61,921 nt of DNA from an archaeon (GCA_043806035.1 JAZDHK010000019.1:1-61921), one strand, 5' to 3'. Positions 10,019 through 20,000 are shown, numbered from the stretch's first letter. The notes: a model not told the origin generated them from the letters alone. Numbers and translations: made by a program.

Positions 10019-10116
10019 TTGCTCGCACGCTTTTTCTTCTCTTTCTTCATGCGCTTGCGTTGCCACTTCCAGCGCATCTGACCCTTTTTCTTCCAGCGTC
10101 GGCTACTTCTCTTCAT
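10015..10116 (-). CDS. rpl41e: Ribosomal protein eL41 (L41e/eS32), not in the ORF track
   Basis: Translates MKRSSRRWKKKGQMRWKWQRKRMKKEKKKRASK*. ATGA overlap with rps7; TATA at ~10141. Confidence 0.88.
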   Translation of the reverse strand: MKRSSRRWKKKGQMRWKWQRKRMKKEKKKRASK

Positions 10117-10168
10117 TGAGGTGGCGGAATTAGGAGCGGTTTATAAATCTTACGACTTCACGAACGGG

Positions 10169-10491
10169 TCACACGTCTAAATTTTTGGCTGCTGCTTCGG
10201 CAATCCGCAGCAATTGTGATTTGTCACTTTCCGAGAACGTTTCCGTGATGCTGTGCACGAACAAATCTTTTCTGAGACGTTCAATGTATTGCCTTGCCTC
10301 CTCATCGAGATGCTCAGGATTATGATAGAGCGCACCACACCCATAGCATGAATACGTTGGTTGACTTTCGTGATGGACAATGACTAATTTAGTCTTGTCT
10401 ATGGGGCAGGCATATTGTGTTTGCGTGACTCATCAACGAGAGATGCTAATCGGCTCGGGTCTTCCAGAATGACAGGATTTCCATACTCCAC
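10169..10491 (-). pseudogene. Frameshifted zinc-ribbon protein gene
   Basis: A GTG start after GGAGGTG reads VEYGNPVILEDPSRL... A second frame without its own start continues YACPIDK...YSCYGCG...AKNLDV*. Confidence 0.55.
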
Positions 10492-10562
10492 AAGGACACC
10501 TCCAACAAAAAAAGGAATGGCATATTCTTTATGTAGTTTTCGCTAAACGCTGCTCAAGCTCG

Positions 10563-10952
10563 TCATTTCTTTACTGCTTGCAAGAAATCACATCCTTTGA
10601 ATGACTGGGTGACAGCTTCCTTCCGGCCGTCGCCATCGATATCTTCCAGACGGGTTTTGTACTTTTCCCTATATGCGATGTCGACGCTGTCTCCTTCGGA
10701 CATGCGGTTATAGAGTTCTCTATCGTTGATACTGAATGAGATTTTTCCTGAGAAGTGGACGATGTGCCGTGCAGGATGGGTGATGTATGTGGTTGTCTTG
10801 CCCATAGGTACGGGTTGCATCCACATACCGTGATACTCTTTTCTTTCGACACGAGCGGGTTCGTGCATGACTGCAGAATAGTCCGTTCTCGTCGATACGC
10901 AACCCTGCAAGCTGAGCCCTGCGAGCAAGATTAGCGGAAGTGCGCATTTCAT
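10563..10952 (-). CDS. Putative lipoprotein, hypothetical
   Basis: Lipobox-like LSLQGC after a hydrophobic stretch. Confidence 0.7.
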   Translation of the reverse strand: MKCALPLILLAGLSLQGCVSTRTDYSAVMHEPARVERKEYHGMWMQPVPMGKTTTYITHPARHIVHFSGKISFSINDRELYNRMSEGDSVDIAYREKYKTRLEDIDGDGRKEAVTQSFKGCDFLQAVKK

Positions 10953-11056
10953 GATCTGTATAATATCAGTTCATTTATAAACTTTTCTAATAGTTGTCAC
11001 TGGTTGGTAAATACAAATAGGAAGATTTAAATATGCGCTTACCTTAGCTGAATACC

Positions 11057-11287
11057 GTGATGAACATGAACACTACGGTTAATGTGCAAAAGGAAGGCAT
11101 CCAGGCAGTGGACGCTGCATGTGCAGAACTCGAGTATGAGTTCCAGCTTATGCGAGCATCAGGCACACTTCCCAAGACAGAATCCATCTACAGCCCACGG
11201 CAAGCTGCACTCGTCTCAGGCATACTCACCGCAGCATACATCAATGCCCTCCATGATCTGAAAGATGCATACGTTCTTCAGAAGTAA
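11057..11287 (+). CDS. Small hypothetical protein
   Basis: 76 aa; TTTAAATA upstream. Confidence 0.5.
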   Translation: MMNMNTTVNVQKEGIQAVDAACAELEYEFQLMRASGTLPKTESIYSPRQAALVSGILTAAYINALHDLKDAYVLQK

Positions 11288-13089
11288 TACCAGATAGACT
11301 TATACGCTTCAATCTGTTCTCCATCACTCGCCAATCTCGTAAGATAGTCGTGGATGGACACATCCGTATAGATGTAATCATCAACCAAAGAGACTTTTGA
11401 CTCCCAGGGAAAGAAACGGTACACGCGCTGTCCTGAACCAAGGATCATGATAAGCGCATGGTCTTGCCCTGCGCGCAAGTGCGACTTGCCCAGCAATGGC
11501 ACATTAAAAACAGACTCGTCCGTTCTCACTAATCCTGGCAAGAAACGAGCTTCCTCTTTTCTCTCCTGCTGGATGCGCGCGAGAGGAACTCTAAAATCTA
11601 TCGTCTCCTCCTTCCCTTTCGTATTGAACGTATAGTACGGATCGATGCCTGCGAGCTTCAAGGATTTTCTCAACAATGCCGTCTCGAATTTAAGGCTGTT
11701 GTAGTAGGTGAATACCTGCTGATTGTAGACGCTCATGCCCGACTCACGCACCTTCCGTACGGCATCGACGAGCTCGGGCGTGATCTCTGCAGGATGTTCG
11801 ACATGCGTGACGAGGCAGACCTCCCGCTTGCCCCATTCGTGATAACGCTTGAGCATGGCGACGAGATCGTCCGTGAAGCGGAACGGCAAGGTAACAAATG
11901 TCCTCGTTCCTATTCTGATGCGTTCAATGTGGGATATGGCTGATACTGCTTCAAGTACGTTTTCTAGATTATTGTCTGCAAGCAGTAGTGGATCACCGCC
12001 AGTCACCAACACTTCGGTGATGTGCTTGTTGTCGGCAATCCAGGAAATAGCACTGCTGATGATGTCGTGTGTGATATGCCCTTCGTCAATGGTTTTCAGC
12101 TCCCAATTACGTTGGCAGTACACGCAGATTTGCGGGCAGGCATTGATGGGCTTGAGGATGACTATCTCAGGATACCTTCTCGTAATGCCAGCAATGGGTG
12201 TCGTCGATTTCTCACCCATGAAATCCATGTCAATATCCTCTGTCCTGTTATGCAACACCTGTTGTGCATAGGTAAGACTGGGTAGCACTTGCGCTCGCAC
12301 TGCCTTATCCGTGCGTGTCCGTCCTTGCTCGTGGAACAACGAGAGATAATAGGGAGTGATGTGGACGGGGATGCCGTGCTGCTCTGCAAACAGAACACCT
12401 GCTCTTTCGTCATCGTTGAGCTGCACTAGCGATGTGAGCGTTTTTACGTCCTTGATGATGTGCGTGAGATGCCAGCGATAGTCCTGCCAGTCCTGCTCAT
12501 TTGCGCCAAAGTGAGCACGTATCTTTTTTTCCAATACGGCACGCTCCTCGATGAGAGCAGGATGCATGCCCGTGCGGAACCTGCTGAACTGCTTCTGCTG
12601 CAATGCAGCATACGCATCGAGTTTCTGAGAGCGCAAGGCAGCTGCCTCTTCGCCATTCGCGGGCATGACAAAAATGTCATCGCGCATGTTCGATGTGCCA
12701 TTGATTCCTCTGAAGAGATGAATGAACTCGTGCAAGAATCCTTCATGCACATACTCAGGGACTCGCCTTCCTTTCGCCAGATTGCGCAAATCATGGAGTG
12801 CCGAATAGGAGGTTATGCGTTCATTCTCCGTCCTGATGATGTTCTTTAAAGCCGTAATGCACTCTTTCGCATTGGCACGCTCGCAGATGTGCAATTCCTT
12901 GAACGGCTCGGGCGAATGTATGTTGAAGTACTGCCTCTCGAGGACATCAAGATAGGAAAAGATGTTATCCCTCGCTTCAGGCAGTGACGTTGACTGTCCG
13001 AGTATCTCCCAGATACGAAAATCAGAGCGTCGCAACTCCTCGACGAGTTCTTCCTTTTTTGCAAAGAGCAAAGTATCTATGCCCGACAT
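11278..13089 (-). CDS. KamA-family radical SAM protein (lysine 2,3-aminomutase-like, long form)
   Basis: RRYP..CPQICVYCQR, VLVTGGDPL, IRIGTR, HVEHPAEIT, YNQQV motifs. Confidence 0.92.
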   Translation of the reverse strand: MSGIDTLLFAKKEELVEELRRSDFRIWEILGQSTSLPEARDNIFSYLDVLERQYFNIHSPEPFKELHICERANAKECITALKNIIRTENERITSYSALHDLRNLAKGRRVPEYVHEGFLHEFIHLFRGINGTSNMRDDIFVMPANGEEAAALRSQKLDAYAALQQKQFSRFRTGMHPALIEERAVLEKKIRAHFGANEQDWQDYRWHLTHIIKDVKTLTSLVQLNDDERAGVLFAEQHGIPVHITPYYLSLFHEQGRTRTDKAVRAQVLPSLTYAQQVLHNRTEDIDMDFMGEKSTTPIAGITRRYPEIVILKPINACPQICVYCQRNWELKTIDEGHITHDIISSAISWIADNKHITEVLVTGGDPLLLADNNLENVLEAVSAISHIERIRIGTRTFVTLPFRFTDDLVAMLKRYHEWGKREVCLVTHVEHPAEITPELVDAVRKVRESGMSVYNQQVFTYYNSLKFETALLRKSLKLAGIDPYYTFNTKGKEETIDFRVPLARIQQERKEEARFLPGLVRTDESVFNVPLLGKSHLRAGQDHALIMILGSGQRVYRFFPWESKVSLVDDYIYTDVSIHDYLTRLASDGEQIEAYKSIWYYF

Positions 13090-13231
13090 GTACTAGGAGA
13101 ATCCGCCGGCTTATTTTAATGTTTCCCTTACGTCATTTGTTGACGAGGACGCAGATACGTACACAATCGAACGCACGCCGAATACACAACACATATAAAT
13201 TCGTCCGCTGCGTATTCTTTCGGGGTGAGCT

Positions 13232-13825
13232 ATGAAACTGCGTTTGTTTATTCTGTTGCTGGTCATGCTTTTCGTCGTCGCTCAAGCCGTGATCGCCGAG
13301 CGCGTCTTCGTCAGGAGCAGCGTCCCTCAAGAGCAGATCAACGACAGATTCTTCCTCCAGCTCGGCAACGAGCTCATGCGGCAAGGCAATCAGGACCTCG
13401 CCCTCAAGGCATACCAGAAAGGGCTTGAGTACGACCAGAACCCTGCACTCTATTATAACATCGGCTACTATTACTACTTGCATAATGAGGTAAGCAAGGC
13501 AGCGGATCAGTTCTTCAGAGCGGCATCGCTCAATACTGCCTATGCCTCCCCCCGTATGGCGTTGATGAAACTCTACCAGGAACAGGGAAATCTCGACGCT
13601 GCTCTCACATATGCGAAGCAATTGTTGGCGATTGATCAGAACAACGCTGAATACTGGTTCAACTACGGTGTCTTGGTCGTCGATATCTTCAGAATGAATG
13701 GGAACGCAGACCTCGATGAGGCAATCAACGCATTTTCTGCTGCAGAACAGCTCAGTCCAGGATTTCCGCACGCAAAGGAGAATGCAATGTGGCTGCATGG
13801 ACTGCTCGCCAGAAACGTGCAGTAG
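13232..13825 (+). CDS. Secreted/anchored TPR-repeat protein
   Basis: N-terminal hydrophobic signal; TPR patterns (ALKAYQKGLEYD, YYNIG, YWFNYG). Confidence 0.85.
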   Translation: MKLRLFILLLVMLFVVAQAVIAERVFVRSSVPQEQINDRFFLQLGNELMRQGNQDLALKAYQKGLEYDQNPALYYNIGYYYYLHNEVSKAADQFFRAASLNTAYASPRMALMKLYQEQGNLDAALTYAKQLLAIDQNNAEYWFNYGVLVVDIFRMNGNADLDEAINAFSAAEQLSPGFPHAKENAMWLHGLLARNVQ

Positions 13826-13832
13826 GAAAACA

Positions 13833-14468
13833 TTACTTCTTTGCGAAGAGTACGTATGAGTAGATGACCGAGATACCTGCTGCCAACAACACGGGGATGA
13901 GCACGAAGAAGAATGCTGCGCTTGCAAAAAATAGTCCGCCTAGCGAGATGATTGCAGCAAGCTTGAACAATTTCCCTGAGAGTATGTGCGTTTTTTTCCA
14001 GACGTGCGTGCTGCTCAACGTCCATGGTGTTCTAATGCCTATCGACCAGTTCTGCTCTGCATGCTCGATGAGCACGCCTGCGTAGAAGAAGAGCACGGCA
14101 AATGCGGGAATCATGACCTTGCCTATATTGACCGCTATTCCGAAATTCCAGAGAAGAGAGAGAGTGTAGATGTAGAAGATGAACAGGATGATGAGCAGGA
14201 TGAACCTATCAAAGAATGTCTGGAATTTTTTAATGTTTTTCCTCTTCGGATCAATGAGTGGCAGAAGCAGGAATACGATGAACAATGCGACAGCGATGAT
14301 CGGCATGAGGAAAGCACCCCAGAACTTGGACATGGTGCCGTTCGGGTTGCCGCGCATATCCCAATGGCTCACGGTCTGATCAGGCAGGTGGAAAAAGGCA
14401 AAACCGCCGATGACGAACGATACGACTATGATGATGCATATGCTGACATGTGCAGGTCTTATGTCCAT
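13833..14468 (-). CDS. sdpI: SdpI/DUF1648 family membrane immunity protein
   Basis: LPD..SHWDMRGNPNG, NWSIGIRTPWTLSS..VWKKTH..GKLF motifs. Confidence 0.9.
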   Translation of the reverse strand: MDIRPAHVSICIIIVVSFVIGGFAFFHLPDQTVSHWDMRGNPNGTMSKFWGAFLMPIIAVALFIVFLLLPLIDPKRKNIKKFQTFFDRFILLIILFIFYIYTLSLLWNFGIAVNIGKVMIPAFAVLFFYAGVLIEHAEQNWSIGIRTPWTLSSTHVWKKTHILSGKLFKLAAIISLGGLFFASAAFFFVLIPVLLAAGISVIYSYVLFAKK

Positions 14469-14695
14469 CGTTTCAACTTGCTGATCAGGGTCTTTGCTTT
14501 CTCCTTCGACAGCATTCCAGGGGTCATCTTCGCGACACGCGCTATCATTTCCTCTCTCTTGAGGTCGGGCTGTGTGAACTTTCCTTGCTGGAAGCAGAAG
14601 TTGCAGTACTCAAAATTTCTCGAACCGTCATTGTTTGTTCCAAAATCGCTCGATTTCTCCATCGGCATGCCACAGCTTTGGCAAATTCGTTGCAT
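14459..14695 (-). CDS. Putative zinc-ribbon domain protein
   Basis: CQSCGMPM...GTNNDGS..EYCNFCFQQGKFT...LKRW. Confidence 0.88.
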   Translation of the reverse strand: MQRICQSCGMPMEKSSDFGTNNDGSRNFEYCNFCFQQGKFTQPDLKREEMIARVAKMTPGMLSKEKAKTLISKLKRWT

Positions 14696-14733
14696 GAATT
14701 CATTGCTTGGAGTCTTTGCTTAAATAGTTTATC

Positions 14734-15450
14734 TTATTTCAAGAAAAGCACTTTCTGGGTGAGCGCCTGTTCGGGGGTAGTTGCCTTGACGAAATACATG
14801 CCCGTCGCTGCATTAGTTGGCGTGAACAGGATAGTGTGCGTTCCCACGGGTGTTTGTCCATGATAGAGATTGGCGACCTTCCTTCCAGTAATATCGTACA
14901 CATCCAGATCGAGTTGCGTTGGCTTGTTTGCCGTGAAACTGATGCGTGTGCTCGCATTGAACGGGTTAGGATACGGCATGTTGAGCTGCAGGTCTTTTGG
15001 CAGTGCCGTCTGCCTGTCGTCAGCAGCATCATAGTGCACTTCCCCCTCAATCCAGATTGCCAGCTGCACGTATTGGGCGTGTGTCATCGTATACGTGGGA
15101 ATGATGAATACCCTGCCTGGCCCGACGCCGTTCTCCATGCCGTTCTGTATGGTCTCGTAGAAGAGGCTGTCGAATGTTGCACTGTTCGTATCGAGCGCAC
15201 AGCCTGCAGGCTCGAGGAATGCCCAGGCGTAGCGCATGGGATTGTGTGGCTGCATGTCGTTCGTCGTCACTGCTCCGGGCACCCAGGTCGTATCCCAGAT
15301 GGCGTTTTGGTTCTCGAGGTATACTTCGTGCTGCTGCAGCCAGGGCCGGACGCTGTTCGTTACGACGCTGTCGATGTTGGCATGCTGGTCGGCAAGAGCG
15401 CTGCTTGCGAGAATACAGATTCCTGCTATTACTTTTGTCGCCAAGCCCAT
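14734..15450 (-). CDS. Secreted protein with T9SS type A C-terminal sorting (Por secretion tail/FlgD-Ig) domain
   Basis: Signal peptide; C-terminal YPNPFN..TRISF...VYDITGRKV...GMYFVK...TQKVLFLK. Confidence 0.85.
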   Translation of the reverse strand: MGLATKVIAGICILASSALADQHANIDSVVTNSVRPWLQQHEVYLENQNAIWDTTWVPGAVTTNDMQPHNPMRYAWAFLEPAGCALDTNSATFDSLFYETIQNGMENGVGPGRVFIIPTYTMTHAQYVQLAIWIEGEVHYDAADDRQTALPKDLQLNMPYPNPFNASTRISFTANKPTQLDLDVYDITGRKVANLYHGQTPVGTHTILFTPTNAATGMYFVKATTPEQALTQKVLFLK

Positions 15451-15510
15451 CGTAGTATGTCACTACTGTTCAGTATTATAAAAATGTTTCGTTTTTTTCG
15501 ACGAGCACAA

Positions 15511-15633
15511 GGCCTTGTTGAACGTCTCCAGTCCACGCTCCATACCGTAGGAAAAACAGTTGCACATATCGAGGGCAATCGCAATAGCCGTGTCCTCGAA
15601 TGACTGCGCTAGGTGGACTTTTTCAACAAGGCC
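15511..15633. mobile_element. 123-bp MITE with IS903-like (IS5 family) terminal inverted repeats
   Basis: Perfect 12-bp TIR GGCCTTGTTGAA (15511-22 / 15622-33) flanked by a perfect 9-bp direct repeat CGAGCACAA (15502-10 / 15634-42). Confidence 0.88.
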
Positions 15634-15699
15634 CGAGCACAATAAAAACATTTATATGCCTGCGTTGCATTCCGACGAACTAGCGTTGGGGGAATGTGA

Positions 15700-18600
15700 G
15701 TGCGCTCTAGACAAAACAGGAATGGCCACGGACTCTTGGCCGTACTGCTGGTGTTCTTCTTAGCTGCGGTCATTGCCGTCCATGCTCGATCCGCAGAAAT
15801 TATGCCAGTGACGTTTGACGATAAGCGTCCCATCGATGTGCTGCTCAACAACAACGATACGCCCATCGAGCAAGACCCAAAAATCTACGATTATTATTCC
15901 CCGAGAAACGTCTTCATCGTCTCTGATAATGACTGGAAGAATGTTCTTCCACTCGTTCCCGTGACGACGTGGACGTACGGCAGCATCATCCACGCCTATC
16001 CCACCCTGCTCCTGCACGACGAAGACAACAGGACATTGCTCATCAATTACGCCAGTGCACGCAACGGCGGCAGTGCCTACGCGCCGAGCAGCGCCCAAGG
16101 CTCATCCCCAAGTAATGTAATTGATGAGAATCCCAGCACGATATGGAACAACGGCAGGCTTGACAATGACACCATCACTATAGATTTGGGTGTTGTCAGG
16201 ACAGTAGACGAACTGCGCATCATGCAAGCCTGCGATTTGTACGGCTATAACATCAGCATCTCAACCGATAATATAACGTATGTTGCGCTCACGAGCGGCT
16301 ATTTCGACTATGGGCTGCTGCAGTACTTCGTCAGCCCGCAACGCCAAGCAAGATATATAGCCATCACGCTCAACGACCCCATCGAACGGCCGAACTGGAA
16401 GTGTCTGGGAGATGTTTCCGTCTATAATAATGCAGACAGGGTGAGCGTGCGGGGATTCGACCCTGACAGCCTCATCCAATTCCTGCAAATGTACGAGCCT
16501 GACCGCGTCACCATCGTCGGTGATACCGTGCAGGAATTTGACGACCTTCTTGTCGCCCCGCAACCCTTAGGTGCAGGATTGCAGGAGGACCAACTCGAGC
16601 GCATCTATCCTGCAGACCTCCCCAATTATTGGCGGCCTGCGCTGCTCACGCAAGTCATTCTTGTTGACAACAATTACGCTCGTGCACTGATCGCCAGCAC
16701 GTACGCCAGCTTGCTCAACGTTCCGCTCGTCATCAACGTCACGCCACCTGATCCGCGACGGCGAAGAGATGCGCTTGATGCCCTTGATACAATCACTGAT
16801 CCTGTACGAGTAGTGCCGTCAAACGTGAAACCTGTCACGGCAGTTACCGTAAGACCTGTGACGGCGAAGGAAACAGTAAGCGCACCAACACCACCGCCAG
16901 GAAATCCGCTCGACGACGTCTTCTACCCGAACACCCCTGCGATCTTCACCGATCGAGAGGTCATTCTCGTCGGAAATGTCAACTGTCCAGCAACGGCAAG
17001 TTCCTGCAGGCACATGACACTTGCCGAGATACAACAAGAATATGTAACCAGGACACAGACGGACAAAGTACTGCTGGTCAACAGCAGAGACTATTCCAGT
17101 GTTGACATGGATCAGGACTTCTTCACGGATAAGGGCACGTATCCCATCCACACATTATTCATCAAGCACAGCCTTGCAGCACCCTTCCTCGCCGGAGCAA
17201 AGCAGGAATTGCTCGTCAACAATCCTATCCTCACAGGGCTTGACGACAGCGCGTGCAACACCTCACCGGCATTCCTTGACGCCATAAGCACCACAGACCA
17301 CTTCATGGACGAGGTCATGACAACAATCATGGACAACAGAGGAAACTACCTCACCATCCTCTCCAGCCCGAAAGCAATCCCTGACTCAAAATTGAACTTT
17401 TGCGCAGGGGACCCGCTCCATCCAGAACGGGACAATACCCAACTCCGCATACCCCTCGACTACCAGTATGGCGTCAAAACATTCCCCTTCATCATCCCCA
17501 CGACGAGATTGCCTGAATACAGCCTCTACACGGGACGCATCTACGGCATCTCATCGACGGATGCGAGCAGCTACATCGCCAGAAGCATTTTTTACGATGA
17601 CCTCATGGACAGACTATATTCTGGCAGTTTCACCTCATTCAGCATAGGAACCTTCTGTTATAGCAACAATCCTGCCCAGCGTGCGCTGAATACGAGAAAT
17701 TATTTCCTGGAACACGACTACACGGCCATCTGCTCGAGCAACACGCCGCAGTACGCCTGTGACAGAGTGAGCGAGAATTCTGACGATTGGTTCAGCACAG
17801 AAGACCTCCAACTGCTCAACCACCAACAATTCATTACTTTCGAGGATCACGGCTGCACCGACTGTTGGGCAGAAGTCCTGCACACCTATCAGACGCCGGA
17901 GATGCAGCTTCCCATCGTCATCAGCCAGAGCTGCCTCACCAGCAACTTCTGGACGCCAAACAAGTATGGAACGTACACGATGAGCCATTACTTCTTGAGA
18001 AAAGGGGCAATGGGCTATTTTGGAGCGGTAGGGCTGACGTATGCAAACGGGATAACGTCCAGTTTCGGCCAGAGACTGACGCAGAATACCCGCCTGGACA
18101 GCCTTGGCATGCTTGGTTATTACTTGTTCAACTCTTGGGACGATACTACAACAATAGGTGATCCAACGCTCATCTTCAGGAAAAACCCGACAGAGGATTT
18201 TGTTCGGGAATGCAATGACGGCATTGACAATGACGGCGACGGCCATATTGATTATGAGTGGGACTGCGGCTGCACCAACGGCCCTATGAGTATCAGCGAA
18301 AGCCCAGGCAACAGGCCGGAAGCGCAATGCAATGACGGCATAGACAATAACGGCAATGGCCTTATTGACACGCAGGACAGGGCATGCACCATCATCGTCT
18401 GCTACAACAATGAGACGCTTCCGGTGAACAACTGCACAGATCTTATAGACAATGACAATGATGGCGGGATCGATTTCGAATCTGATCCTGCATGTCACGT
18501 CTCCTATACGGGAGGCGTCGGCTTCAACATGTATACTGATGAGGGTCCCGAATGCGATGATAACATAGACAATGATGGCGATGGCGACATCGATTGGGAC

Positions 18601-19359
18601 GGTGCAGGGCTTGCTGGTGCCGACGCGGCATGTGTCGAGCCATACTTAGCGCATGAAGGTCCCGAATGCGACGATGGCATCGACAATGACGGCGATGGCG
18701 ACACTGATTGGGAAGAGGACGCAGCCTGTTTTGGCTATGCGACATTCTACTTCGAAGGACCACCGTGCGATGACGGCATCGACAATGACGGCGATGGCAA
18801 CATTGACTGGGACGGCGCGGGGCAAGGACCTCCTGATGCAGCCTGCCGTGGACAACCGCAAGGAGAAGAATTCAGCATATGTGATGATGGCATTGACAAT
18901 GATGGCGATGGCAGCATTGACTGGGACGGAAAGGACGGGACAACTCCTGACGTGGGATGCAGAAATGCGTTAAGCACAAAAGAGGATCCTCAATGCAGCG
19001 ATGGCATAGACAATGATGACGATGATGATATCGACTATGAAGGAAGAAGCGCTGATCCGGCTTGCATCCACCCGTACGATGACCTGGAAGGAACGCCTTG
19101 CGACAACAGCATCGATGATGACGACGACGGCGATATTGACTGGGACGGCGTGTACAGGACGCTCGACCCCTACGCTCCCGATCCTGGCTGCAACGGCGAT
19201 CCAAATGGCATAGAGTGGACACAGTGCGATGACAATATCGATAATGACGAAGACGAAGGCGTCGACTGGGACGGCGTGAACGGCCAATTCCCCGTTGACA
19301 CGAGCTGTACCCATCCGTGGGATAGCGAAACAGGATGGCCATCAGGAGGTGATGGATGA
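15700..19359 (+). CDS. Secreted multidomain protein: cell-wall-binding-2-like, F5/8 type C (discoidin), peptidase C25 (gingipain)-like, Cys/Asp repeats
   Basis: SNVIDENPSTIW..ITIDLG..ARYI (discoidin); GRIYG, EDHG, SQSCLT, FLRKGAMGYFGA, IGDP (C25-like His/Cys dyad). Confidence 0.7.
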   Translation: MRSRQNRNGHGLLAVLLVFFLAAVIAVHARSAEIMPVTFDDKRPIDVLLNNNDTPIEQDPKIYDYYSPRNVFIVSDNDWKNVLPLVPVTTWTYGSIIHAYPTLLLHDEDNRTLLINYASARNGGSAYAPSSAQGSSPSNVIDENPSTIWNNGRLDNDTITIDLGVVRTVDELRIMQACDLYGYNISISTDNITYVALTSGYFDYGLLQYFVSPQRQARYIAITLNDPIERPNWKCLGDVSVYNNADRVSVRGFDPDSLIQFLQMYEPDRVTIVGDTVQEFDDLLVAPQPLGAGLQEDQLERIYPADLPNYWRPALLTQVILVDNNYARALIASTYASLLNVPLVINVTPPDPRRRRDALDALDTITDPVRVVPSNVKPVTAVTVRPVTAKETVSAPTPPPGNPLDDVFYPNTPAIFTDREVILVGNVNCPATASSCRHMTLAEIQQEYVTRTQTDKVLLVNSRDYSSVDMDQDFFTDKGTYPIHTLFIKHSLAAPFLAGAKQELLVNNPILTGLDDSACNTSPAFLDAISTTDHFMDEVMTTIMDNRGNYLTILSSPKAIPDSKLNFCAGDPLHPERDNTQLRIPLDYQYGVKTFPFIIPTTRLPEYSLYTGRIYGISSTDASSYIARSIFYDDLMDRLYSGSFTSFSIGTFCYSNNPAQRALNTRNYFLEHDYTAICSSNTPQYACDRVSENSDDWFSTEDLQLLNHQQFITFEDHGCTDCWAEVLHTYQTPEMQLPIVISQSCLTSNFWTPNKYGTYTMSHYFLRKGAMGYFGAVGLTYANGITSSFGQRLTQNTRLDSLGMLGYYLFNSWDDTTTIGDPTLIFRKNPTEDFVRECNDGIDNDGDGHIDYEWDCGCTNGPMSISESPGNRPEAQCNDGIDNNGNGLIDTQDRACTIIVCYNNETLPVNNCTDLIDNDNDGGIDFESDPACHVSYTGGVGFNMYTDEGPECDDNIDNDGDGDIDWDGAGLAGADAACVEPYLAHEGPECDDGIDNDGDGDTDWEEDAACFGYATFYFEGPPCDDGIDNDGDGNIDWDGAGQGPPDAACRGQPQGEEFSICDDGIDNDGDGSIDWDGKDGTTPDVGCRNALSTKEDPQCSDGIDNDDDDDIDYEGRSADPACIHPYDDLEGTPCDNSIDDDDDGDIDWDGVYRTLDPYAPDPGCNGDPNGIEWTQCDDNIDNDEDEGVDWDGVNGQFPVDTSCTHPWDSETGWPSGGDG
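18208..19308 (+). repeat. Ten intragenic CxDGIDNDGDGxIDW...C repeats (putative Ca-binding)
   Basis: Counted in the translation of 15700..19359. Confidence 0.9.
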
Positions 19360-20000
19360 TGAAATATCTTCTTGTTGCGTTCCTGCTCCTCTTGCCCCTT
19401 GCACACGCACTATCCGTCACTATAACGACTCCTGAACTGGTTAGTGATGGCGAGCACATCCGCTTCAGCTATACCATTCTCAACAACGCAACAGAGACCA
19501 TGACCATACGGCCATACATTGTCTGCAAGGATAATCCCGTTGGATATATCGTCGAGCAGAACATAACCGTAGAAGCAAATACAACATATTCGGGCACCCT
19601 TGTCGATTATGCCGTCACCAACCACATCCAACCAGGACCCTGCACGGCAATCCTGGAGCTTCCCCAATACAATCTCACGACGACCCACTCATTCCTCATC
19701 GATACGCAGCCCGTCATACGTACGCAGGTGATGACGTGCGCTGATTCCTCATGCGCTAGCCCGAGAAAAGTGTTCTTTCCCGGCGAAACCGTCTACGTCA
19801 GCGTAAGTACTCCTGACGGGTATGATCTTGACGTCCAAGGACTTGAAGTGTTGCATGGCATGGCGCAACTTGATGCAACGCTCGGCTATTATGCACTGCC
19901 TATCGAAAGCACAAGCCCATACTACAAGGGCGTTGCGCATGACAAAATAGAATATGCGGTCATTCCACAGCATCCCCGCATAGCACTCAAACGATTCTGA
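19356..20000 (+). CDS. Secreted hypothetical (Ig-like) protein
   Basis: Signal peptide (AHA|L); ATGA overlap with the upstream gene. Confidence 0.75.
   Translation: MMKYLLVAFLLLLPLAHALSVTITTPELVSDGEHIRFSYTILNNATETMTIRPYIVCKDNPVGYIVEQNITVEANTTYSGTLVDYAVTNHIQPGPCTAILELPQYNLTTTHSFLIDTQPVIRTQVMTCADSSCASPRKVFFPGETVYVSVSTPDGYDLDVQGLEVLHGMAQLDATLGYYALPIESTSPYYKGVAHDKIEYAVIPQHPRIALKRF

Noticed and set aside
18208-19308. DNA-level repeat array
   Set aside because: It is fully explained by in-frame protein repeats.
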